This document shows, piece by piece, positions 26,985 to 35,848 of a DNA stretch of 64,000 nucleotides. The notes beneath the pieces were generated by a model that saw nothing but the letters and a program-made list of their open reading frames with translations, searched no databases and was not told the origin of the DNA. Origin of the DNA: Bacteroidia bacterium (lineage in GTDB: Bacteria; Bacteroidota; Bacteroidia; Cytophagales; JAAEPT01); NCBI GenBank assembly GCA_030431525.1, contig JAUIJC010000014.1, forward strand, positions 5,330-69,329, read 5' to 3'. Both the position numbers and the translations under genes were made by a program. Positions within the stretch are counted from its first letter, which is position 1. The number at the start of each line of letters is the position of its first letter.

Positions 26985-29252
26985 ATGGCATTTGACATCG
27001 AAATGATTAAAAGCCTCTACGCGAAGTATCCGGAAAGGGTGGAGGCGGCCCGAAAGGTGACGGGGAAGCCCTTGACCTTGGCGGAGAAAATCCTCTACAC
27101 GCACCTTTGGGAAGGAAACGCGACGGAGGCTTATCAGAGAGGTAATGCTTATGTTGATTTTGCTCCAGATCGGATTGCTTGTCAGGATGCGACGGCCCAG
27201 ATGGCTTTGCTTCAGTTTATGCAGGCTGGAAAGTCCAAGGTGGCGGTGCCAACTACGGTGCACTGTGACCACCTGATTCAGGCGAAGGATGGCGCGAGTA
27301 AGGATTTGCAGCATGCGATCAACACCTCTTCCGAGGTCTTCAATTTTTTGGATTCCGTTTCCAACAAATACGGGATTGGCTTTTGGAAACCAGGCGCTGG
27401 TATCATTCACCAAGTCGTGTTGGAAAACTACGCTTTTCCTGGTGGCATGATGATCGGTACGGACTCCCATACGGTGAACGCTGGTGGCCTTGGAATGGTC
27501 GCCGTGGGTGTGGGTGGCGCTGATGCCGTGGACGTGATGGCCGGTATGGCGTGGGAGTTGAAGTTTCCGAAGCTTATCGGGGTGAAATTGACGGGTAAAC
27601 TGAACGGTTGGACATCGGCGAAGGATGTTATCCTGAAGGTTGCTGGTATCCTGACCGTGAAAGGTGGTACGGGCTGTATCGTGGAATACTTTGGCGAAGG
27701 CGCCAAGTCCATGTCCTGTACGGGTAAGGGCACCATTTGTAACATGGGTGCTGAGATTGGTGCGACCACTTCTACTTTTGGTTACGATGAGTCCATGGAG
27801 CGTTACCTGCGTTCCACGGGTCGTGATGATGTGGCGGATGCGGCCAATGGCATCAAGGAGCACCTGACGGGTGATGCTGAGGTGTATGCCAACCCTGAGC
27901 AATACTTTGATCAATTGATCGAAATCAACCTTGATGAGTTGACACCGCATTTGAACGGTCCGTTCACGCCTGACAGGGCTACGCCTGTGGCGAATATGAA
28001 GGATGAGGCTGTTAAAAACGGCTGGCCCTTGGAGATTGAGTGGGCCTTGATTGGTTCCTGTACAAACTCCTCTTATGAGGATTTGACACGCGCCGCTTCT
28101 ATTGTTGAGGATGCTGTGGCGAAAGGAGTGAAGCCGAAGGCGATTTTGGGTATCAACCCTGGGTCCGAGCAGGTGCGTTTCACCGCTGAGCGTGATGGCT
28201 TGTTTACGACCTTCAACAAATTCGATACGACCAAGATTTTCACTAATGCCTGTGGTCCGTGTATTGGGCAGTGGGCACGTCCGGGCGCTGAGAAGCAGGA
28301 GAAGAACTCCATTGTCCATTCCTTTAACCGAAACTTTGCGAAACGGGCCGATGGCAACCCGAATACACATGCCTTTGTAACGTCTCCGGAAATGGTGGCA
28401 GCCATTGCCATTGCTGGTCGTCTGGATTTCAACCCGATTACCGATACCTTGACCAATGAGTCTGGCCAAGAAGTGAAGCTTTCCGAGCCTTCAGGCATAG
28501 AATTGCCATCTGCAGGTTTTGCGGTGGAGGACAACGGTTATCAAGCGCCTGCGGCCGATGGTTCAGGCATTGAGGTGGTCGTGAAACCCGATTCGGAGCG
28601 CCTTCAGTTGTTGTCGCCATTCCCTGCCTACGATGGTAAGGAAATCCAAGGCATGAAGTTGCTCATCAAGGCCAAGGGAAAATGTACGACTGACCACATC
28701 TCGATGGCTGGTCCTTGGTTGCGCTACCGAGGGCACTTGGACAACATTTCGAACAACTGTTTGATTGGTGCGGTGAACTATTTCGGTGAGGCGACCAACA
28801 AGGTGAAGAATCAGTTGGACGGGTCATTCGGCGAGGTGCCTGCCGTTGCCCGTGCGTACAAAGCAGCTGGTGTTCCTACCATTGTTGTCGGTGACGAGAA
28901 CTATGGCGAGGGCTCTTCCCGTGAGCACGCCGCCATGGAGCCACGACATTTGGGTGTTTGCATTGTATTGGTGAAATCCTTCGCACGTATCCACGAGACG
29001 AACCTGAAAAAGCAGGGTATGCTCGGGTTGACCTTTGCTGATCCTGCGGACTACGACAAGATTCAGGAGGACGATACTTTCGATACCATCGATTTGACTT
29101 CTTTCGCGCCAAATAAGCCATTGACCTTAAAAGTCACGCACGCCGATGGTTCTACGGATGAGATTGTTTGTAACCATACCTATAACCACAGCCAGATTGA
29201 GTGGTTCAAAGCGGGATCTGCGCTGAATTTGATTAAGCAGCAGAATGCTTAA
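26985..29252 (+). CDS. acnA: Aconitate hydratase (mitochondrial-type, AcnA family)
   Basis: [82 protein letters not shown]. Confidence 0.95.
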   Translation: MAFDIEMIKSLYAKYPERVEAARKVTGKPLTLAEKILYTHLWEGNATEAYQRGNAYVDFAPDRIACQDATAQMALLQFMQAGKSKVAVPTTVHCDHLIQAKDGASKDLQHAINTSSEVFNFLDSVSNKYGIGFWKPGAGIIHQVVLENYAFPGGMMIGTDSHTVNAGGLGMVAVGVGGADAVDVMAGMAWELKFPKLIGVKLTGKLNGWTSAKDVILKVAGILTVKGGTGCIVEYFGEGAKSMSCTGKGTICNMGAEIGATTSTFGYDESMERYLRSTGRDDVADAANGIKEHLTGDAEVYANPEQYFDQLIEINLDELTPHLNGPFTPDRATPVANMKDEAVKNGWPLEIEWALIGSCTNSSYEDLTRAASIVEDAVAKGVKPKAILGINPGSEQVRFTAERDGLFTTFNKFDTTKIFTNACGPCIGQWARPGAEKQEKNSIVHSFNRNFAKRADGNPNTHAFVTSPEMVAAIAIAGRLDFNPITDTLTNESGQEVKLSEPSGIELPSAGFAVEDNGYQAPAADGSGIEVVVKPDSERLQLLSPFPAYDGKEIQGMKLLIKAKGKCTTDHISMAGPWLRYRGHLDNISNNCLIGAVNYFGEATNKVKNQLDGSFGEVPAVARAYKAAGVPTIVVGDENYGEGSSREHAAMEPRHLGVCIVLVKSFARIHETNLKKQGMLGLTFADPADYDKIQEDDTFDTIDLTSFAPNKPLTLKVTHADGSTDEIVCNHTYNHSQIEWFKAGSALNLIKQQNA

Positions 29253-29280
29253 ACTTCAATAAATTATTCGTTTCAAATTG

Positions 29281-29313
29281 AAAGCCACTCAAGTTTATCT
29301 GGGTGGCTTTTTC
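29281..29313 (+). terminator. Aconitase intrinsic terminator
   Basis: aaagccactca-agtttatc-tgggtggctttttct. Confidence 0.7.
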
Positions 29314-29381
29314 TCTTGTTGGAAAACATAAACCATAAGCTTTCATCGTTGAAAGGATAGCTAAACCATGCAATTCCAGCT

Positions 29382-30416
29382 ATGATGAATATATGTTTTC
29401 TCATGTACCCTTGGGACGAGGTGAAGCCAGAATTGGACAGCACCCTGCGTTTGATTCACGAGGCTGTAACAAGGGGACACCGCGTAGCGATACTGACTCC
29501 GAACCACCTGACCATTCGGAAAAGTGTGACTTCGGGATTTTGTAAAATTTTCCAACCCATGGACAAGGTGCCGACAAACACGGTCAACTTTTACAAGAAG
29601 GCCAGTTTTAGGACCCAGATGTTACCCTTGTCTGGTTTTGACGCCATCTTGGTGCGAACTAATCCGCCATTGGATCCTGTGATGCTCAATTTTTTGGATT
29701 CCGTGCGCCATGACACCTTTATCCTGAATGATTTGGATGGGCTCAGAAAGGCAAACAATAAGCTGTATCCCGCAGCTTTTGACGATCCAAACAATGAGGT
29801 AATTCCTGAAACCCACGTATCCAAGAACAAGGATTACTTGCTTCAGGTGATTGAGGAGTCACCCTCGGAGCAAATGATCTTGAAGCCTTTCGGTGGTTTT
29901 GGTGGACAAGGGGTGATTGTATTGGAAAAGGGAGCCTCCCAAAGCATTAAGTCCCTGCTCGATTTCTATGTGAGTGGACCGTCGGGAAATAACTATGTGA
30001 TTCTCCAAGAGTTCGTGCCCGGTGCCGAGGAGGGGGATATTCGTGTCTTGATGTTAAATGGTGAGCCCATTGGGGCAACCCGAAGGGTGCCAGCTGAAGG
30101 AGATATTCGTTCCAATGTGAGTGCCGGTGGTAGGTCGGAGAAGTATACCATGAACAAGGCCGAACGGGAGTTGTGCAAGAAGATTGGTCCCAAACTGGTG
30201 GAGGACGGGCTTTACTTCGTTGGTTTGGATATCATCGGGGGTAAACTGATTGAAATTAATGTGTGTAGTCCAGGTGGTATTACAAACATTAACAAGTTTA
30301 ATCGAGTGCGCCTACAAGAAAAGATAATTGGTTTTGTTGAAGAAGTTGTTCAACAACGAGAAGTGATGGCTGAGCGAAAACGTCAGTTCCGCCAAACTAT
30401 TGAAAGGGCTGCCTAA
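29382..30416 (+). CDS. gshB: Glutathione synthetase-like ATP-grasp ligase
   Basis: DSTLRLI.EA..RGH, RTNPP, ILKPFGGFGGQGV, QEFVP..GDIRV, RSNVSAGG, FVGLDIIG..LIEINVCSPGG. Confidence 0.85.
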   Translation: MMNICFLMYPWDEVKPELDSTLRLIHEAVTRGHRVAILTPNHLTIRKSVTSGFCKIFQPMDKVPTNTVNFYKKASFRTQMLPLSGFDAILVRTNPPLDPVMLNFLDSVRHDTFILNDLDGLRKANNKLYPAAFDDPNNEVIPETHVSKNKDYLLQVIEESPSEQMILKPFGGFGGQGVIVLEKGASQSIKSLLDFYVSGPSGNNYVILQEFVPGAEEGDIRVLMLNGEPIGATRRVPAEGDIRSNVSAGGRSEKYTMNKAERELCKKIGPKLVEDGLYFVGLDIIGGKLIEINVCSPGGITNINKFNRVRLQEKIIGFVEEVVQQREVMAERKRQFRQTIERAA

Positions 30417-30421
30417 TTGTC

Positions 30422-30449
30422 GTAGTAGACAAGGCATTGCCTTGTCTAC
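30422..30449. repeat. REP-like palindrome gtag(ta/a)gacaaggcantgccttgtct, copy 1
   Basis: Second copy at 57753-57781. Confidence 0.7.
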
Positions 30450-30471
30450 ATATAATCAAGGGCTGAACCAA

Positions 30472-31506
30472 CTATAATCGGTTCAGCCCTTTTTGTATGG
30501 GGTAGGCCAAACTGATGGCAAGTGTGGCAATCCAAAAGGCGGACATAACACTATAACCAATGCCCATTTCCTCCAAAAGCCTTCTTGATAGCTCCCAGAT
30601 CAGCATGTGGGTCAAGTATAAACCATAGGATACTTGGCCGACATAGAGGATGAATTTTTGAATGAAAGGCAGTTTTAGGTTGTAGAGAGTTATAGCCAGC
30701 AAGCCATAGCCAAACAATGCTGGAATATCATTGAAAACCTTTCCGGCTGGTCCGAAGAACAGCGCCAAGCCTGCATACGCTCCTGAAAAAAGCGTACCTG
30801 CTGTAAGGCTTTTTACCGTGGAACGACGCCAAAATTCAGTGCCGTGGGTATAGTAGATTTTGGCCATGGCCATGCCCAACACAAATTCCCACAGGTATTG
30901 TAGAAAGAAACTATTCCAGATTCTAAGTTCGGCTTTGCCAAGTACGACCACAAGGGTGCTCCATATCAGAGAAACAACAAGGCTCCCGATGTACACTAGC
31001 ATGGGATACTTGTCCCGCAATCGGGCCAAGAAGGGGAAAATCAAATAGAATTGAATGATGGTGGAGATGAACCACAGATGGTAGCCATAGCTTGTCATCC
31101 ACTGTTCATTGAACATCTTGAACAGGAAGATATGGCTTAGATAGGCCATCCAGCCTGATTGACCCTCATGCCCACCAGTGACATCACTTCCATACATGGG
31201 AATGATTAAGTTCACCAGAGCAATGACCGTCACTACGGCCACATAGGGCAGGTAGATTTTGGAAAGTCGTTTTCGGTAGAATCCCTTGATGCTACTTTTC
31301 CTCTTGAAATGAGAAAGGGCAAGTCCAAAGCCCGAAGCAAGGAAAAATAGGTGTAAGCCTGTTCCTCCGAATCGTACTAATGTTTGAGCAAAAGCGGGAA
31401 GACCAAGTTCAGATCGCTCCAAAAAATGCATCAGGACAATCGTCAAGATGGCGAGGCCCTTGATGAAGTCCATGAATTCAATCCGTTTTGATTGGGATTG
31501 GTGCAT
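30472..31506 (-). CDS. Acyltransferase family 3 (OafA-like) membrane protein
   Basis: RIEFMDFIKGLAIL..H, LFFLASGF, FYRKRLSKIYLPY, HLWFI..QFYLIFP, GQVSYGLYLTH. Confidence 0.9.
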   Translation of the reverse strand: MHQSQSKRIEFMDFIKGLAILTIVLMHFLERSELGLPAFAQTLVRFGGTGLHLFFLASGFGLALSHFKRKSSIKGFYRKRLSKIYLPYVAVVTVIALVNLIIPMYGSDVTGGHEGQSGWMAYLSHIFLFKMFNEQWMTSYGYHLWFISTIIQFYLIFPFLARLRDKYPMLVYIGSLVVSLIWSTLVVVLGKAELRIWNSFFLQYLWEFVLGMAMAKIYYTHGTEFWRRSTVKSLTAGTLFSGAYAGLALFFGPAGKVFNDIPALFGYGLLAITLYNLKLPFIQKFILYVGQVSYGLYLTHMLIWELSRRLLEEMGIGYSVMSAFWIATLAISLAYPIQKGLNRL

Positions 31507-31631
31507 TGTTCAGAGGTAGTAGTAATTACTTACTGATGTATTTAAGGTATGCCTGTACGGTTTTTTTACGCACTGCAAGTCAATTAGTTTTTATTCGATT
31601 TATACTTTCCCTGTTTGTTCGATTGATTCGT

Positions 31632-32471
31632 TCATTTCACCAATCGACGCACCTGAACATAGGTTGTTTCGACCAGAAAGCTCGCTAAACCGTAGGGGAC
31701 AATAAACGCCATGATTTTGTCTAAGCTGTAATAGCCCAAGCCAATATAAATCGCGATGCCGAGGTGTCTGGAGGCGTTTAGTAGAGAAACGGTGGTCTTT
31801 TCTCCTTCTGTTTTTCCACCCAAACAATGGCCCAATAAGAGCAGGGCTGTAACGAAAAAGATGAATTGGGGAATGCTTCGGGCTGGAGCCTCAAAAATGT
31901 AGTGGCGGAAAATCACTAACAGGGCAATGATGGTGGCAAGTAAGAGAAGGTTGGCCAGTCGAATAAGCTTCTTGCCGTATTTTTTGGCTGTTTTCGGGAA
32001 TCTCCAGCGCACAAACATCCCGAGCAACAAGGGAAGAAGCACAATTTTGAACAATTGCTTCCCGAGGTTTAACCAATGGATATCGACCTCGAAATCATAC
32101 CATTGATGGAAAAAGTAGAGTAATGCTGGTAAGGTGACCACAGAAATAATAACCACCGCCACTTGTAGCATGACCGCATAGAGGTAAATCCCGCCAGCCT
32201 TAAAAACCTTGATGGGCGATAGGGGTGCGCCGGGCGCAGAGGCCAACAAAATCAGGGTAATCATCACCCCTCTGCTCGGGTTAAACCAATAAATGCAGAA
32301 CAGCGCGACCAGCGGTGCCGTCAGCACGACCACAAGAATTGAGAACACAAGCCTCCACCAGCCATGCTTGAAGCGCCAAAATGACCTAAAGTTGGCATTC
32401 ACCCCAATGCTGAATTTTATGGTCAGGATGAGTATGCCCAGAAGATTCGAGGTAAATGAAAGGACATCCAC
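31632..32471 (-). CDS. Bile acid:sodium symporter family membrane protein
   Basis: Multiple TM segments, LLASAPGAP, VLLPLLLGMFVR, SRHLGIA. Start uncertain; GTG at 32471 chosen, the ORF extends to 32543. Confidence 0.75.
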   Translation of the reverse strand: MDVLSFTSNLLGILILTIKFSIGVNANFRSFWRFKHGWWRLVFSILVVVLTAPLVALFCIYWFNPSRGVMITLILLASAPGAPLSPIKVFKAGGIYLYAVMLQVAVVIISVVTLPALLYFFHQWYDFEVDIHWLNLGKQLFKIVLLPLLLGMFVRWRFPKTAKKYGKKLIRLANLLLLATIIALLVIFRHYIFEAPARSIPQFIFFVTALLLLGHCLGGKTEGEKTTVSLLNASRHLGIAIYIGLGYYSLDKIMAFIVPYGLASFLVETTYVQVRRLVK

Positions 32472-32528
32472 TACTAAAAGGTACGTGACTTCAGGAGCAA
32501 GGTGACATAAGATGCCTTGATTTAGCCC

Positions 32529-32536
32529 TAACTTTG
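32529..32536 (+). promoter_or_regulatory. -7 element TAACTTTG for the J-domain-like gene
   Basis: Exact TAnnTTTG 18 nt upstream of ATG 32555. Confidence 0.6.
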
Positions 32537-32554
32537 TGGTCAAATTCCCTTCCT

Positions 32555-33268
32555 ATGGATTCCTCAAACCTTATCCTTTCCCAAACCAACTTGGACGAGC
32601 TCAAGCATGAAATCCGTTTGCTGGAAGATGAGTTGAAACAGGTGGAGCAAAGGATTCAGGAATTTGAGCATACCCTTCGGACAGCCCTGATCAATGAATT
32701 GGTGGAGGAACGTGAGCTTTCTGTCCTTTACAAATCGCTGAAGCGGGCCAAAAAGGAAAAGCGACTGGAGCAGAAAAAGCGTGGCAAAAACTACAAGGAA
32801 CCAGTTGGATTAAAGCCTGTTTCAAAGCAGGCTGAGCCCATCAATCCAGAGGACCAAAAGGAACGGAAGCGACTTTACCGCGAGGCGATGTTCCATGTGC
32901 ATCCCGACAATTTTTCCATGCAGGATGCCGACCATGAGTTGGCCACAGAAACCACGGCCAAGTTGATTGAGGTGTATAACGCTGGAAGCCTAAGCGAATT
33001 GCAAGCTTTCCATGCTCATATTGTCAGCGGAATTGCATTGGGGGAGGCTTCATCATTTCCAAAACCAGCGCAAGGAACTGTCGCCCCAGACGCCTATCTG
33101 AAACAAGAAATTGCCCGTCTTGAAAAACAGCTTGCTCAAGCCAAAGCACGGCATATCTATTTTGTGCTGACGGAGTATGAAAACCCGTTGAGTTTTATTG
33201 ATGAGCTGAGGGCTTATTACAATGATAGGATTGCCAAGCTGAGGAAGAGGACGAGGAAGGGGAAATAA
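32555..33268 (+). CDS. Coiled-coil protein with an internal J-domain-like HPD motif
   Basis: N-terminal heptad coiled coil; RKRLYREAMFHVHPD..LIEVY resembles J-domain helix II-HPD-helix III. Confidence 0.7.
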   Translation: MDSSNLILSQTNLDELKHEIRLLEDELKQVEQRIQEFEHTLRTALINELVEERELSVLYKSLKRAKKEKRLEQKKRGKNYKEPVGLKPVSKQAEPINPEDQKERKRLYREAMFHVHPDNFSMQDADHELATETTAKLIEVYNAGSLSELQAFHAHIVSGIALGEASSFPKPAQGTVAPDAYLKQEIARLEKQLAQAKARHIYFVLTEYENPLSFIDELRAYYNDRIAKLRKRTRKGK

Positions 33269-33343
33269 AGGCTCAACTAATATGGAGCCTGTTAATAGCG
33301 GTCTGTCATCTTGACGAAGGAAGGATCTGATGAAAGGTTTGAA

Positions 33344-33694
33344 TTAAGGCGTTAGGATGAGATAGAAAATTCTGAGGAGTAGAAAACACCAAAGCCCTAA
33401 CACAGGGAATGTCATAGCCAAAGGCATAAGTTTTTCACTTTGTGTAGGCCATCTATCCCAATGTTTAATGACTTGATGTAAAACGATTAATGAGCAAGTG
33501 AAGGTCAATAGGTTGGCTGGAATGAAAAATAGGGCGTTGAAAGCAAAATTATGAGGGGCATATCCTGAAATAAGGCCGAACAGTTCCTTTCGGAAGAAGT
33601 TGATGGAAAGTGTACAAAGAAAAATACTCACGTTGATTAGAGCCAGCTTCTTTACCCATTGGGGTGGAAGGTGAGTATCTGAGGGGTTGACCAT
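33344..33694 (-). CDS. Hypothetical small membrane protein
   Basis: Three hydrophobic segments; lies downstream of the SMI1/KNR4 gene on the same strand. Confidence 0.55.
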   Translation of the reverse strand: MVNPSDTHLPPQWVKKLALINVSIFLCTLSINFFRKELFGLISGYAPHNFAFNALFFIPANLLTFTCSLIVLHQVIKHWDRWPTQSEKLMPLAMTFPVLGLWCFLLLRIFYLILTP

Positions 33695-33731
33695 AGTTGT
33701 TATTTCACTTTTGAAAGGAAGGTTCAGAGAC

Positions 33732-34340
33732 CTAAAAGTAATTGTCAAATTCGATTTTTAGGATTTCAGTGTCTAGCCATGCTTCATACCAATTTAGGAA
33801 GCTAATCCTATTTGATTTATCTGTTTGGGAATCGGGGTAAATACCTTGGCTATTACAACGACCATCAATCCAAAGATTTCCAAATTCTTTGCCGTTAACC
33901 ACCAAATTGATGGATGTTCCACATCCAGAATTTGATATTCTTAGAAGTCCATTAATCCACTGGTTATCAAAATACTCTTCCTCTGATTCCTCATTCATTT
34001 CCTCAAACTCCATGTTCCAAGCTTGGGTATGGGGAAAGGGTTTTGTAAGGTCTATTAAATCGTCATTTGATTTATAGTCCAAGTCAGCAAACTTTCCATT
34101 TTCTAAAGGTTCAAGGCCATAATTTGGTCCCGCCCCTCCATTTCCTATATTTTTTAGAAACTCACGATAATCGGTTGGAAGTTTAACCTGATGCAACTGC
34201 TCAAAATCAATGAGTTCCTGCTCTGTCTTTTTCTTATAGAGTTGATATTGATGTATTTCAGCACCAAAAACTTGAAGGGATGTATCCAGTGATTTGAGCT
34301 GGCTAAGCTTTTCCCTGATTCGATTTAATTGTGCTTCCAT
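33732..34340 (-). CDS. SMI1/KNR4 (SUKH) family protein
   Basis: FEQLHQVKLPTDYREFL..GNGGAGP.YGL, GCG..LVVNG.EFG.LW, SFLNWYEAWLD. Confidence 0.88.
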   Translation of the reverse strand: MEAQLNRIREKLSQLKSLDTSLQVFGAEIHQYQLYKKKTEQELIDFEQLHQVKLPTDYREFLKNIGNGGAGPNYGLEPLENGKFADLDYKSNDDLIDLTKPFPHTQAWNMEFEEMNEESEEEYFDNQWINGLLRISNSGCGTSINLVVNGKEFGNLWIDGRCNSQGIYPDSQTDKSNRISFLNWYEAWLDTEILKIEFDNYF

Positions 34341-34362
34341 TTTGAATTAAGTTGTCTGATAC

Positions 34363-34401
34363 AAAAAACGCCTTGCCATAAATCTATGACAAGGCGTTTT
34401 T
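34363..34401. terminator. Intrinsic terminator, bidirectional form
   Basis: aaaaaacgccttgccata-aatc-tatgacaaggcgttttt. Confidence 0.75.
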
Positions 34402-34420
34402 CATGAAAAGAGAAAAGTGC

Positions 34421-34882
34421 TTAGCGGATACGATCCATGGACTTCACCAAGTTCTCATCCTTCTGGATAAAGCGGTTGGCCAAGATGTTCATGATCACCG
34501 CGCCCACAGGCATAAAGAAACCAAAGCCGTAGCTTCCAACGTTTTCTGCCAAGTCCTCTGCGTTTGGCACTTCCAACATGGCGACCAAACCGACAAATCC
34601 GGCAATCAAGATGTTGTTCACAAAGCCGAGAATCATCTGAAGCTTACGCTTTTTGAAGCTGAAAATGGAGAACAGGGCGATGGCCATGCTCGCCAAGGCG
34701 ATGCCTGCAAGGTGAAATTTGTTGACGGTTTCCACTTGTTCGCCACTTATGTTCTCCAAAACCATTGCGTTCAGGACCACATCTTTACCTTCGCCGTGGT
34801 ACTCCCAGAGGGTGAGGGAAATGGCCAGCGCCATAAAAATGACTACGCCTAAAAGGAAGATGCTTTGAATCCGCTGTATCAT
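34421..34882 (-). CDS. DUF4293 family membrane protein
   Basis: MIQRIQSIFL start, IFSFKKRKLQM, ANRFIQKDENLVKSMDRIR end. Confidence 0.9.
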   Translation of the reverse strand: MIQRIQSIFLLGVVIFMALAISLTLWEYHGEGKDVVLNAMVLENISGEQVETVNKFHLAGIALASMAIALFSIFSFKKRKLQMILGFVNNILIAGFVGLVAMLEVPNAEDLAENVGSYGFGFFMPVGAVIMNILANRFIQKDENLVKSMDRIR

Positions 34883-34903
34883 AGTGTAGGGGTTTATTTT
34901 TCG

Positions 34904-34921
34904 TAATTTTGCACAAAACTA
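34904..34921. promoter_or_regulatory. Overlapping divergent -7 elements (TAATTTTG on +, TAGTTTTG on -) for truA and the DUF4293 gene
   Basis: taattttg-ca-caaaacta between divergent genes. Confidence 0.5.
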
Positions 34922-35003
34922 AGGGTCGGAGTATTATGGACAAAGTATTATCTGCCAATGTAAGTCATGGCGGGGAATACATTGTACATGATATAGAAAT
35001 ATC

Positions 35004-35780
35004 ATGCGTTACGTTGCGGAGGTTGTTTACAAGGGGACGAATTATCATGGATGGCAGATTCAGCCCAATGCCCTGACGGTGCAGGAGGTGGTGGAAGACC
35101 GTTTAGGGGTATTCCTGCGTCATCCGGTTTCCATTGTGGCCAGTGGACGCACGGATGCCGGAGTGCATGGTGAACAGCAGTTTGTCCATTTCGATAGTGA
35201 GGTGGAAATCAATCCAGAGCGTTTCCATCGGGCATTGAATGCTTTGCTCACCAAGGGAATTGCAATCAAGCAGGTCTTTCCTGTCAAGGATGATTTCCAT
35301 GCGCGTTTCAGCGCCTTGAGTCGAGGCTATCGCTACCAAATCCGCAACCAAAAGGACCCGTTCAACCGCGATTTGTTTTGGCAACGCTCCATCGATTTGG
35401 ACGTGGAGGCCATGAACCGTGTGGCGGAGAACCTCTTGGGTCGTCATGATTTCGAGTGTTTCAGCAAGGTGCGTACTGATGTACATACATTTTTCTGCGA
35501 TATTGAATATGCCTACTGGGAGCGGGTGCCTCACGGCCTCAATTTTCACATCAAGGCGAACCGTTTTCTGCGGGGAATGGTAAGGGCCATCGTCGGCACC
35601 TTGGTCGAAGTGGGCGAGGGGAAGTTGGACGAGGAAGGCTTCAAGGCGATTATTGCCAATAAGGATAGAAAACAGGCGGGCTATTCGGCCCCACCGCAAG
35701 GGCTTTTCCTCACCAAGATTGGGTATGAGTGGGAGAAGTGGCGATTGGAAAGCAAGGAGGAGGTATCAGGTATCAAGTAG
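35004..35780 (+). CDS. truA: tRNA pseudouridine(38-40) synthase
   Basis: YKGTNYHGWQIQPN, SGRTDAGVH, FHARFSA, FLRGMVRAIVG, APPQGLFL. Confidence 0.97.
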   Translation: MRYVAEVVYKGTNYHGWQIQPNALTVQEVVEDRLGVFLRHPVSIVASGRTDAGVHGEQQFVHFDSEVEINPERFHRALNALLTKGIAIKQVFPVKDDFHARFSALSRGYRYQIRNQKDPFNRDLFWQRSIDLDVEAMNRVAENLLGRHDFECFSKVRTDVHTFFCDIEYAYWERVPHGLNFHIKANRFLRGMVRAIVGTLVEVGEGKLDEEGFKAIIANKDRKQAGYSAPPQGLFLTKIGYEWEKWRLESKEEVSGIK

Positions 35781-35831
35781 TAAGTAGCAAGATTCAGAAG
35801 GTCTTGATACATGATACTTGCTACTTGTGTC
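35762..35831. repeat. Inverted pair of degenerate 7-bp tandem arrays overlapping the truA stop
   Basis: ggtatca ggtatca agtagta agtagca ag ... cttgata catgata cttgcta cttgtgt; a related arm gatacaa gtatcaa gacacaa is at 9265-9286. Confidence 0.65.
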
Positions 35832-35848
35832 CCCAAAAAATCATAACA

